Positions 11,823 to 23,044 of a stretch of DNA of 33,857 nt are shown here, piece by piece (position 1 is the first letter of the stretch; each line of letters opens with the position of its first letter). Position numbers and translations under genes: made by a program. Origin of the DNA: Octopus sinensis (taxonomy: Eukaryota); NCBI RefSeq assembly GCF_006345805.1, contig NW_021831950.1, forward strand, positions 1 through 33,857, in the 5' to 3' direction. The notes under the pieces are model-generated. The model saw only the letters and a list, made by a program, of their open reading frames with translations, did no database searches and had not been told where the DNA came from.

Positions 11823-12388
11823 TTAGGTTGTCCGGAAAGTTTGTGCCGATTTTTAAAGGAACGAAAAATGTCAATAAATACTTGCCATCATATTTTTAAT
11901 CAACCAAATATGAACCATTTTGTTGCACAATGCGTCTCCATCTTTCCTTTAACTTGAAAATACCCTCTTCCCAGAATTGAGGTGGCTTCATGGCAAAGAA
12001 TTCATCAAGGTATCTTTTTACATCAGCCAAGGAATTGAAATTTTTACCATTAAGACTATTCTGCAGAGACCTGAATAAGTGGAAATCCGAAGAAGCAATA
12101 TCTAGTGAATATGGAGGGTGGGGTAACACATCCCAGCCGAGCTGCAGCAATTTTTGTTTGGTTCCCAAAGCATTAAGTGCCGAAAAGGAATTTTCCTATC
12201 TTCCATTTTAAAGGGTTACAGAATTAACACAGGTTATAGGAACATAAACCTTCTTCCACGAAAAGATAGCTTAAACTGTGCTCTAAATGGAGGTGTAGTC
12301 AAATCCTATTTTGTGGACGCAACCATGTTCTAAAATAAGTCGAAACATAGGCTACTATAAATCGGCACGAACTTTCCGGACAACCCAA
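11823..12388 (-). mobile_element. internally deleted mariner (566 bp)
   Basis: TIRs TTAGGTTGTCCGGAAAGTTTGTGCCGATTT / AAATCGGCACGAACTTTCCGGACAACCCAA, TA TSDs. MEDRKIPFRHLML (ATG 12206) is fused to the C-terminus WDVLPHPPYSLDIASSDFHLF...RWRRIVQQNGSYLVD. Confidence 0.95.
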
Positions 12389-12551
12389 TAATTTAACACT
12401 ACCACACTACATTACACAGCTACACACACTGTCACATCGCTCCAGACTAAGTAACGACAATCTATACACTGTACAAACCTATGTAGGAACCTTTACATAA
12501 TCAGTCACCTCACGGAAAATAGCAGTAAAATCATGTTCAAATCAAACCTAC

Positions 12552-12680
12552 ATTGCAGAAAGGGAGGTATTACGCAACTTGATTCTGGATACATAATTCT
12601 TAAAAATCCCCCAAACAGTGGGATGTTCATGGCTGGAATGCATTCGACCATTGATCTGATTGATCTCATTTCGCCTGTAG
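12552..12680 (-). CDS. candidate internal exon, product unknown
   Basis: T-rich acceptor TTCTTGTTATTGTGTAG, donor GTAGGT, 129 nt. Two frames are open, e.g. TGEMRSIRSMVECIPAMNIPLFGGFLRIMYPESSCVIPPFLQ; no family recognised. Confidence 0.25.
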
Positions 12681-13046
12681 CTACACAATAACAAGAACAA
12701 CAACAACATCAACAAAAACAACCACAACAACAAAAATGACAAGTATAACCCTATCACTACCAGACTAACATCGTCATTACCTCGATAACTACAAGAACAA
12801 AGAAATCTCTTCCTTATTTGTGCAGCAAAACCCATTCAAGCATCATTCGACAAACAAAACGAAACAATTAAAAATTTGATGCATCAATAATATGCTTGAG
12901 AAGAAAATTCCTGCAGGGGGCGTTGTGCATGTTAAATGCACATAAGATAAGCCCTTTCATTGGCAATATAGCGTTTTGAAAATGTTCAGTTAACTGTGAT
13001 TATCTATAGAAAGGGTACACCGTGATTAAATGTGTGGATATATATG

Positions 13047-13091
13047 CTTCACTGAGGAGGTTTTATGTTACCGAAACACGGAGGTTATTGA
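13047..13091 (+). ncRNA. hammerhead-like core
   Basis: CTGAGGA-GGT(TTTATGTT)ACC-GAAAC-ACGGAG-GTT; stem I is weak. Confidence 0.35.
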
Positions 13092-13998
13092 CATTCACGT
13101 ACACCCGTTTCAAATATACACACGTTATCATTATTTCCCCGAAATTTTAACTAGCAGAGCTTAATAGAGTTAAATCCCTTTCTTGTCTGTTTTAGATTTA
13201 ATAACGTCAAGAGGGCGTTTTATCTACTTATTGCATGGGTAATTTCAGTTAATCGGAGGTTTTTCAACTTGCCTGTATTACTTTCATAAAATTCTACTCT
13301 ATGCAATATTTCACAGGTATCAACTTCATACTTTTCTTCCCCTTTCACTCCGTCATCCATTTTCCCCTATTTATTTTTTCATTCTTTTCACTTCATAAAG
13401 CCCCTTCCGAAAACAAAAACAGCAATAACAACAGTAACAAACATAACAATAATATCAATACTAGTCTCAGCATGATAATATCAGAATAATAACGACGACA
13501 CGCCGCATACATAATCATTATCAACGGCAATAAACATGGCTGTCGTTTTATGCATATAAATCTCTGTTTTATTATGAAGCGATATTTTAGCAAACGACTT
13601 AAAAAATTTTTTTAGTATTTTTTCAATGAAGGCCTTCAGCTCCCCCTCCCACATTCTTATTTGTTTTATTTTTACTCATTTTCTTTAAAAGATTATATAG
13701 CTATAAAAATCACCCCCATTGCTCTTTAGTTGTTGTTACCATCCATTTACTTAAAACCTATAATTTTATGAACTCTAGCTGTGACAATAGGTTTTGCATG
13801 TAATTTATTTTCTCTGATCTTTGCACTTTGCAGAAACCTTGACACAAAGGCAAACGTATTATATATACGTTATTCAAACCAAATGCTTGGTGATAGTGAT
13901 TTCGAAGTTTTGCCAGCAGCATCTGGTCAGACATTCTGACGGGTAACTGCTGACTAAAACGTTGTACTTCGCATATTTATGGACTTCCAATGAAAATA

Positions 13999-14245
13999 TT
14001 GGGTTGGTGCATAATTATTGCGGCATTTTTTTTCACAAAAAAAATCTTATTCAACGTAAACAATAACAATATCTAACAAAAACACCTTTAAATGACGGTT
14101 TGCCAAGCAAATGGGAAGCAGTAGTTGAAGTAGATGGTGAATATGCTCCGGAATAATCATTTACAGATGTTTTTGTTACCTGTTGTTATTGTTTTTGTTG
14201 AATAAACTTTGTTGAAAAAGCCGCAATAATTATGCACCAAAACAA
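13999..14245 (+). mobile_element. mariner-derived MITE
   Basis: TIR TTGGGTTGGTGCATAATTATTGCGGC / GCCGCAATAATTATGCACCAA; internal LPSKWEAVVEVDGEYAPE* is a mariner C-terminus. Confidence 0.85.
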
Positions 14246-14456
14246 CGTGTGTGAGTGTATGAGTGTGTGTTTGTGTATGTTTGTGCGTGCTTGTGGTTGC
14301 TGTATGCACGTGCACGTGCATGTGTGTATATTATAAGAATAGTGTACCATTGATTTCGAAGTTTTAACCTGTTAGCCTATATTAGACTGTCCAATGAATG
14401 CTCTCTGCCTAAACATCGAAGCCTCTGTTACCGCTATTCTTATAAAAGTTTCAAAT

Positions 14457-14619
14457 AGGCCCAAGAGTGGCTGTGCGGTAAGAAGCTTGCTTCTCAACCA
14501 CATGATTCCGAGTTCAGTCCAACCGCGTGGTAACATGGGTAAGTGTGTTCTACTATAGATTCAGGCCGACCAAAGCCTTGTGAGTGGCTTTCGTAGATGG
14601 AAACTGAAAGAAGCCTGTC

Positions 14620-14625
<6 letters not shown>
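14457..14625 (+). mobile_element. SINE family K 5' half (3' half at 16135-16325)
   Basis: AGAGTGGCTGTGCGGTAAG...GAAAGAAGCCTGTCGTATATA. Confidence 0.85.
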
Positions 14626-14666
<41 letters not shown>

Positions 14667-14687
14667 TATATATATATATATATATAT

Positions 14688-16115
14688 TGTATTTTCTTTT
14701 TATTTCTCGTTTTGTATTTTCTTGTACATGTATTTTTATTTGTATTTTATTGTGCAGTTTTATTGTTACGTCCTGTTTGTGTTAAATTTTTTTCGTGCTT
14801 GTTTTACCCCTCTGCGAGGTAATTTTATTTTAATTCTCTCGCAGGAAGGCCTAGTTTTACGAGTCGTTTCCTGTCTTGCCTTCGAAACACGCTTGAGTCT
14901 ACTAGCGACAGCTGATGATTGGGGATTTTTTCTTGTGTAGCATGTCCTGTACTCTGTTTTTTCCCGTTTTCGTTTCTCGTCCAGTTCCACGTCTCTATTT
15001 TTCTGTTGTAAAAAAAATGGCTTTTCCGTTTTCGTTTCTCGTTGAGTTCTACGTCTAGTTGTGGTGTCCTGTACTCACGTATATATATTTATATATGCAT
15101 ATATATATATACATGTAGGTGTAGGTACGTACATATATGTTTGTATGTATGCATATATTTTATTTATTACACTATTGTCTGACAGCGCTTCGCGTCGGGT
15201 TCGTTTCGATTCGTCGCTTCGTTCCGTTTCTTATCCTCCCAGTATTGTTTTATATATAATTATGCCGCGAAATTCTCTCCCTTTGCTTTACCTTCCCCAC
15301 TGTCTCTCTCCCTCTTCCTCATCTCTCTCTCAGCCGCGTGTCTTCCTCTATCTCTCTCTCTCTCTCTCTCACTCCTCCTCACTTTAGTCACTGCTAGCCA
15401 AAACCACTTCCTTTTGCACGTTGCTTTCACACTGTAAAGTCATGTTTCCATGCGCTGCTAGAACATCTTCCGTCTAAGCCACAAAAAGGACTTTTCGTTT
15501 GTTTTCTCGTTTGTTTTCTTGTTTATTTTGATTTCTCGTATTGTATTTTCTTTTTATTTCTCGTTTTATATTTTCTTGTACATGTATTTTTATCTTGTAT
15601 TTTATTGTGCAGTTTTATTGTTACGTCCTGTTTGTGTTACATTTTCTCGTGCTTGTTTTACCCCTCTGCGAGGTAATTTTATTTTAATTCTCTCGCAGGA
15701 AGGCCTAGTTTTGACGAGTCGTGTCCTGTCTTGCCTTCGAAACACGCTTGAGTCTACTAGCGACAGCTGATGATTGGAGATTTTTCCTTGTGTAGCATGT
15801 CCTGTACTCTGTTTTTCTGTTGTAAAAAAATGTTTTTCCCGTTTTCGTTTCTCGTCCAGTTCCACGTCTCTGTTTTTCTGTTGTAAAAAAATGGCTTTTC
15901 CGTTTTCGTTTCTCGTTGAGTTCTACGTCTAGTTGTGGTGTCCTGTACTCACGTATATGTATTTATATATGCATGTATATATACATCTAGATGTAGGTAC
16001 GTACATATATGTTTGTATGTATGCATATATTTTATTTATTACACTATTGTCTGACAGCGCTTCGTGTCGGGTTCGTTTCGATTCGTTCAGTTTCTTATCC
16101 TCCCAGTATTGTTTT
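14688..16115 (+). mobile_element. tandem pseudo-LTR-like element (units about 14688-15255 and 15550-16115), probably Penelope-like
   Basis: About 560-bp near-identical direct repeat separated by about 290 bp, inserted in (TA)n, with GAAAC...CTGATGA motifs; inverted homologue at 20320-20690. Confidence 0.65.
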
Positions 16116-16134
16116 ATATATATATATATGTTTG

Positions 16135-16325
16135 TGTGTCAGTGTTTGTTCCCTCCATCATCGCTTGACAATCAATATTGGTGTGGTTACTGTCCCTTAA
16201 CAGCGTTTCGGCAAAATAATCTGATACAATAAGTACTAGGCTTACAAAAAATATTCCTGGGGTCAATTTGTTCAAAGTCGGTGCTCCAGCTAAGCCGCAG
16301 TCAAAAGACTGAAACAAGTAACAGA
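16135..16325 (+). mobile_element. SINE family K 3' half
   Basis: CATCGCTTGACAA...GGTGCTCCAGC...GACTGAAACAAGTAA. Confidence 0.85.
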
Positions 16326-16409
16326 ATATATGAACACTGCGAACACTCCTTCAGTATAATGCAAAATGGATTCTATTCTAAGTCGATGTAAATACAAATA
16401 CATATAAAT

Positions 16410-16411
16410 AC

Positions 16412-16506
<95 letters not shown>

Positions 16507-16507
16507 A

Positions 16508-16554
<47 letters not shown>
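16410..16554. repeat. (TATC)n microsatellite
   Basis: Direct inspection. Confidence 0.95.
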
Positions 16555-17126
16555 GACGTGTTTTCTCATCGGCTCCGCAGGTAATCGCTTTTCTTGACCT
16601 TTTACTGCACACATTTTAAGTTTTGCACACAAGGTGTATGAAGAACGCAACTTTCGTTTTGAGTGTGTTTTCAAGGGAAGAGTTGGCCTCAAGGGGCAGT
16701 TTCAACCCTATTTCAATTTCTATTTTTCTTCTCGACTTTGAAAAATGTCGAGAAATTTCACAGTGGAATACTGGTCAAATTCGTTCATGGCCTAGCCTTG
16801 AAACGTTTGGAGAAAAAAACAGAAGAATAACTCCTGCAGGCACACACAATCGAATACAACTACAGACACGGGAAATACAAATAAATCAAAGGGAAATCTG
16901 AGAGACGCGTAGGTGAACGCTGTCAACGCCATTCATACTGCAACCACGATCGTTAACAGCCCTGTCACCACCACCACCACCACCACCACCACCATTATGA
17001 TAGATACTCTCATATAGACGTTTGGTGCATAAAAGCGCACACATAAATCGTAGTAGACTTCATTCTATTGTATATATATATATATATATGGTCGGCTCTA
17101 GCTCGTATCCGAGTTTCCATCCAGTC

Positions 17127-17157
<31 letters not shown>

Positions 17158-17199
17158 GGTTTATACATATATGTGAAATATATGCATGGTAAATACCTG

Positions 17200-17575
17200 A
17201 CCTACCAACTAAATGGTTCCGGGTTCAGTCCCACTGCGTGACACATTGGGATAATATCTTCTAGTATAGCCTTGGGCCGACCAAAGCCTTGTGAGTGAAT
17301 CTGGTAGAGGAAAACTGAAAGAAAACCGTCGTATATACATATGTGTGTGTGTACGTGTGTGTGCGTGTGTGTTTGTGTGTCTGTGTTCGTCCCACCAACA
17401 TCGCTTGACAACCGATGTTGGTGTGTATACGTCCACGCAACTTAGCGGTTCTGCAACTGATAGAATAAACACTAGGCTTATAAAGAATAAGTACCGGGGT
17501 CGATTTATTTGACTAAAGGCAGTGCTCCAGCATGGCCGCAGTCAAGCGACTGAAATAAGTAAAAGAATAAAAGAA
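17200..17575 (+). mobile_element. SINE family K
   Basis: GGTTCCGGGTTCAGTCCCACTGCGTG ... GCTCCAGCATGGCCGCAGTC. Confidence 0.9.
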
Positions 17576-17604
17576 CGTATGTATGGGTGTGTGTGCGTGT
17601 GCGT

Positions 17605-18128
17605 GTATCCCAATTGTGGGAGTGTAGTAGGTAAAATCCAGGGTACATATATTTCGTAGCTACCAGAACCCCAGAAGTAATAATTACTCAATGAGGGTTA
17701 CTCCATTGTCTACTTATCAGGCCGAAGATACCTTAGTTAAATGTAAGTTATATTGTTGTCAAGGGGTCCCAAGTTAACTCGCCCGGGATGTACTTTAAAA
17801 CCTACAACCTTTTAAGCGAATAAGCTATCATTTTTCCTGAAAGTTGTTTTTATACCTTCAACAGACTGCTTGAAACTTACTAACTTCCTACACCTTGATC
17901 CTTCGATCTTGAAATTACATATCATTATATATCATCTGCAAATTTCCTGCCATTTAACTTGCGATCCTTTGATGACAATGTAAACTTTATTTGATTAAGG
18001 TATCTTTGGCCCGACAAGTAGCTAGAAGATTACTCTTCCTTTCCGTAATTACTACTTCCGAAGTTCTGCTAGCTATGAAACATATGTAGGCTTAGCTTTA
18101 CCTACTCCATTCCCGAATTATGGATGTA
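17605..18128. repeat. long imperfect inverted repeat (fold-back or old MITE candidate)
   Basis: Arm 17605-17793 is complementary to 17937-18128, e.g. TACATATATTTCGTAGCTACCAGAAC vs GTTCTGCTAGCTATGAAACATATGTA. Confidence 0.85.
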
Positions 18129-18401
18129 TATTCACACACACACACACACACACACACATGTAGGAGGTTGAAAGGTAACACACGAGTTGATAAGTATAAG
18201 GAGAATAGGACAAGGTAGAAAATGCCAACAAATTTTATCATGAAAAACATTTTATTACTGGTTTCAGTCTTTGCAACTTTTTCAACTTATAGTAAAGCAT
18301 GAAAAGCAATTAAATCGTGAAAAAAATTAAATGAAATGCTTTTCAAAAAATATTTCCATAGTTTTAGAATACGTGGGACATGTTCCTTTTTTCTGTCTAT
18401 A

Positions 18402-18598
18402 GACGGAGTGACTGTGTGGTAAGTAGCTTGTTTACAATCTACATAGTTCTGGGTTCAGTCCCACTGCATGGTACATCGGGCAAGTGTCTTCTACTATAGC
18501 CTCGGGCTGACCAAAGCCTTGTGAGTGGATTTGGTAGACGGAAACTGAAAGAAGCCTGTGCGTCTGTGTTTGTCTCCTCCACCATCACTTGACAATGG
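18402..18598 (+). mobile_element. SINE family K 5' part
   Basis: GGAGTGACTGTGTGGTAAG...GGGCAAGTGTCTTCTACTATAGCC. Confidence 0.85.
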
Positions 18599-18914
18599 AT
18601 GCATCCAAAATACGTCCGACAGGAAGATTTATGGTCAGTTATGCTTCAATCTCACTAGGAAAGATATAAACCACAACACTCATCAAATAGACGTTTTTAC
18701 AAATATAGGAAGCCTTAGAAAATGTGACGTATATACATGCAAGATGCATACATACACATAAATATACACATGTAAGCACACACACACATATATATATATA
18801 CATATATATGTATATACGCACACATATAGATACATACACAAATATATATATGCATATCAATGCATATTTATATTTTACCAACACTAACATATACACACTC
18901 ACACATACACATGT

Positions 18915-19116
18915 TTCTTTACTCAAAGAAGGACAGACCCACGGATTAAGTCGATTACATCGACCCCAGTGCGTAACTGGTACTTATTTAATTGGCCCCA
19001 AAAGGATGAAAGGCAAAGACGACCTCAGCGGAATTTGAACTCAGAACGTAACGGCAGACGAAATACAGCTACGCATTTCGCCCAGCGTGCTAACGTTTCT
19101 CCCAGCTCGCCGCCTT
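18915..19116 (-). mobile_element. SINE family M
   Basis: AAGGATGAAAGGCAAAG...GAATTTGAACTCAGAACG...CAGCTCGCCGCC. Confidence 0.9.
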
Positions 19117-19619
19117 TTTCAAATACGTGGGAATTTTTCCTTTTTTCTGTCTATAGGCGCAGGAGTGGCTGTGTGGTAAGTAGCTTACTTACCATCTACA
19201 TACACACTCACATATGCAAACATATACACACTCATACATATACACTCATATATATACTCACAGCACACACATAAATATATACATATACATTAATAGACGT
19301 TTACGACCATCTACTTATACGCATAAACACCCGTTCACATGCACGCACAAGAACATATACATCTCAAAACATATAGACGCAAACACATACATACATACAC
19401 AGATACACATTAATTTAAGCACATATACACGTTTGTATGCAAACATAGCATACATATATACAGGAGCAAAACCAGATATATACGCATATACATACATGGA
19501 AAGCCAAGTATTGAGGGAACGCTAAAGACTTAAACGTGTCGTTAAGGAAATACACTTCGTAGAGTGAGAGAAGTAAAAAGGTATAGAAAGATAATTTGGC
19601 AGAAAACAAGGTAAAAAGG

Positions 19620-19662
<43 letters not shown>

Positions 19663-19810
19663 AGGAGAGAGAGGAGAGGGTAACGGGTAAAATTGTATAG
19701 ATAAAGGCAGGAAGAGAGAAAAAAGGGAGGAATAAAGTTTATGGGAGGTGAGGTAAAAGAACAAAGAGAAGATAATTTGCAGAAAGTTATTTTTCGGTAA
19801 TAGGTGGATT

Positions 19811-20145
19811 CTATTTGAAAAACTGAAAGAATGGCTTATTCCAGTGTGTACACTCGTAAAGTCTATTACGTAAATCTGTTTACCAGTTTATGGTTGGAAA
19901 AAGAGAATAAAAAATTGCTCTTCCGTACAAAGAGGGCAAAAGATTTCCATTTATCATAACGAAATAGAGTTTTTAAGGTTCCAGATTAGTGTACTAAGTC
20001 CACTGGAGTTAGGCTTTCGATTGTATTTAAAGGTAGAGAAATGGTTATTCAGTACGGATTTCAAAAATGTAGAGGATAAACCTATATTAAAAAATCCCTT
20101 TTTACCAGAGGTAACTTTGCATTGGTATACGGCTGACTGATTTGT
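19811..20145 (-). pseudogene. Penelope-like element GIY-YIG endonuclease relic
   Basis: SAVYQCKVTSGKKGFFNIGLSSTFLKSVLNNHFSTFKYNRKPNSSGLSTLIWNLK...CPLCTEEQFFIL...RNRLYECTHWNKPFF* follows the PLE pattern VY..YIG..NH..F..ST.LS..IW.LK..C.LC.EE..C.H.NK. Confidence 0.8.
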
Positions 20146-20232
20146 TTATAGTAATGAAAAGGTCGTTCGGTAAACTGAGCGTTCATACGTCGTCTTCCAC
20201 GGGAGAAGTCCATCACACACACACACACACAC

Positions 20233-20276
<44 letters not shown>

Positions 20277-20319
20277 ATATAATATACATATACATACATA
20301 CATAAATACATATATATAT

Positions 20320-20690
20320 ATATAGTGTATAAATAAAAAATATATGCATACATACATACATATATGTACGTACCTACATCTACATGTATAATAATATGCA
20401 TATATAAATATATATACGTGAGTACAGGACACACAAATAGACGCAGAACTCAACGAGAACGAAAACGTAAAAAACAAAGCATGGAAACGAACCATTTTTT
20501 TACAAAGAAAAAACAGAGTACTAGACAAACTACACAAGGAAAAATCCCCTTCATCAGCTGTCCCTAGTTCAACTCCAGTGTGTTTCGAAGGTGAGGACAG
20601 AACACGACTCGCAAACTAGCCCTTCCTGCGAAGAAATTAAAGGAAATTACTTCGCAGAGGGGTAAAAACAAGGAAAATATATATATATAA
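20320..20690 (-). mobile_element. pseudo-LTR-like fragment homologous to 14688-16115
   Basis: Reverse complement matches, e.g. CCTTCGAAACAC...GACAGCTGATGA and TCCTGTACTCACGTATATAT. Confidence 0.8.
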
Positions 20691-21199
20691 ACAAAGTCAA
20701 AATGCGATAAAATAAAATTAATTATTATCGCTGGTGTTTCTAGCACAGGCCATATATTATTCATATATAAGTACATTAAAAGGCGAAGTATGTGCTAGAT
20801 ACACAGGAGCTTGATAAATTTAGTGAAATGAAAATAAAAACTTTTACTAACTCAGTTCATCTTATACTGCAGTTTCGTCTTTTTCAGCAATAAAAATAAT
20901 TTATTTACTCAGGGTGACTCGTCAGTAAGATCCCTGTTATTCTGAAATCGCACCTCAATAGACATGTGCGTCTACTAATTTGCTCTATCTAACTAATCAG
21001 ATCACTGCGCAGACGCAGAACGTACCCGACAAACTAGGGATTTCTGGTATATAGTCTAACGCTCAAAATTTATCGAGAAATATGTAAACAAAGTCAAAAT
21101 GCGATAAAATAAAATTAATTATTATCGCTGGTGTTTCTAGCACAGGCCATATATTATTCATATATAAGTACATTAAAAGGCGAAGTATGTGCTAGATAC
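20688..21199. repeat. about 115-bp direct repeat (20688-20802, 21087-21199)
   Basis: AAACAAAGTCAAAATGCGATAAAATAAA...GTATGTGCTAGATAC occurs twice. Confidence 0.9.
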
Positions 21200-21205
21200 A
21201 AGAAG

Positions 21206-21244
<39 letters not shown>

Positions 21245-21359
21245 ATATATATATCTATATCATATCTTATATATATATATGTATATATATATATTATATA
21301 ATATATAATATATATATATATTATATATATATATATATGTATATATATATAAATTAGAG

Positions 21360-21660
21360 AATTCAAACACATGATAGGCATAAACCGTATCATATAGAAA
21401 AAATAAAATATATTTATAAAACATATCTAGAACATAAAAAAGTACAAAAAATGAATAAACATTATATAAGTAAAAAGACTACGTACGTTTCGTGGCTATA
21501 ATAGTATTTTGCATATATTTCAACAATATATAATTAACAAAATATATAATTACTATATAATGTTTATTCATTTTTGTACTTTTTTGTGTTCTAGATATGT
21601 TTTATAATATATTTTATTTTTTACTATATGATATGGTTTATGTCTATCATTGTTTGAATT
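21360..21660. repeat. inverted repeat with about 110-bp arms (21360-21472, 21551-21660)
   Basis: AATTCAAAC...CATATCTAGAACA...GTACAAAAA vs TTTTTGTAC...TGTTCTAGATATG...GTTTGAATT. Confidence 0.9.
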
Positions 21661-21967
21661 ACATAATAGTGGTTTTTCGCTAAGCCCGGTTTCACCCGGT
21701 CTGTTTGGTTGATGTGGCTGCGATCGTTTTCGGTTAGGCATATGTGAATGAAAATTAAGTTCAGACCTGTACATTGTAGCTAGACTTGGTAGAAATAGCA
21801 GGCAAATCTCCCTCAAAACACCCTACTGTCTTAATCCGACAATTCTGCCTATAATGTAGTTTGAATGAGAAACTGTAACTAAAGATTAAAATTATAAACC
21901 CCACAAAGAGGTGAAAGAACAGCGAAAATTTTGGCTGACTCTCATCCCGTACTTCCCTTGTTACTAG

Positions 21968-22061
21968 CGAAATGGTATATGCCAACTGTGTGAGCAACTG
22001 GTTGTTTTAATGGCGGAACAAACGGGAATTCCATTAGAAAAAGTGTTAATCAGTTTTCTCG
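21968..22061 (+). CDS. candidate internal exon, possibly ubiquitin-like (beta-grasp) segment
   Basis: CTGAC branch-like site, pyrimidine tract, TAG acceptor, G|GTAAGT donor. Only one frame is open: RNGICQLCEQLVVLMAEQTGIPLEKVLISFL. Confidence 0.45.
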
Positions 22062-22339
22062 GTAAGTATGGGTGCTAGGGAAAAAATACAAACCGCATTC
22101 CAATCTATGCAACTGTCCCCACATGTGTGCCATTTTTCACGCGAATGCACCCAGCCATTTGGCTGCAAACCTCAAGACAAGAAAGAATACAATGATCTCC
22201 CATGTCTAATTTATATTATAGATTATATTTATATTGCGAAATTTGATTTAATACTAAATTGAATTTTTCTTGTAAGTTTGGAGTTATACTCCCTATTATT
22301 ATTATTATTTTATGTATTATTATATTATTATATTTATTA

Positions 22340-22372
<33 letters not shown>

Positions 22373-22963
22373 GAGTGAGCGAGCAGAGCATGCCATCAAA
22401 GTGACACTGGGGTAAAATATACGAAGCCCAGTATACCCCATCATGACTACCGTCTGATAAGGGTACACCAGGCACATGCCCACAACCATATGTGCGCGAC
22501 ATGGTGTGATCTCATATCAAGATAAAACAGCACATGACCTTGCAGGTGGAGCCCAGTTAGAAATTTCTTCCAGATCGAGTAACCCATCCCGCTCAAAAGG
22601 TCCCTGAATAAGGGTGTAAGGACGTTGAACGAAACACCCAGTTCCAGAGGTGAATTATTCAACCCCAAAGAATCCTTCTCAACAAATGGCTATGATGCTC
22701 CCCCAATACTTCTGCTCGTGATCAGAGATGCACATATCGTCAGCCACTAAGGGACATGCTCAACTGGTTAAGGTCAAACAACTGACTAGCAAATCTGTGG
22801 TATTGAGCAGAATATTTGCTGTAGCCCATCTTTTATACCAAGACAAAACAATGTACATGATAACACTTCAAATCAGTTAAGATCAGAAGCCCAGAGAGCC
22901 ACTGCCTGGTAGCCATGAGAGCCACTGCCTGGTTTAGCCATGAGAGCCACTGCCTGGTAGCCA
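22373..22963 (-). mobile_element. about 590-bp element embedded in (ATT)n, probably a non-LTR retroelement fragment
   Basis: Higher-GC sequence flanked on both sides by (ATT)n (22292-22372, 22963-23036), with a 3x GAGAGCCACTGCCTGGT repeat at one end. Orientation inferred. Confidence 0.5.
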
Positions 22964-22981
22964 TTATTATTATTATTATTA

Positions 22982-23038
<57 letters not shown>

Positions 23039-23044
23039 TCATAT

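Noticed and set aside
13805-13945. Strong plus-strand acceptor TTTGCACTTTGCAG
   Set aside because: No clear donor or recognisable peptide.
17710-18020. Codon-like third-position differences between the hairpin arms
   Set aside because: In-frame stops in both arms, and the pattern holds for only about 10 codons.
21700-21770. Minus-strand GAAAACGATCGCA as a hammerhead
   Set aside because: Core too degenerate; more likely part of an old repeat.
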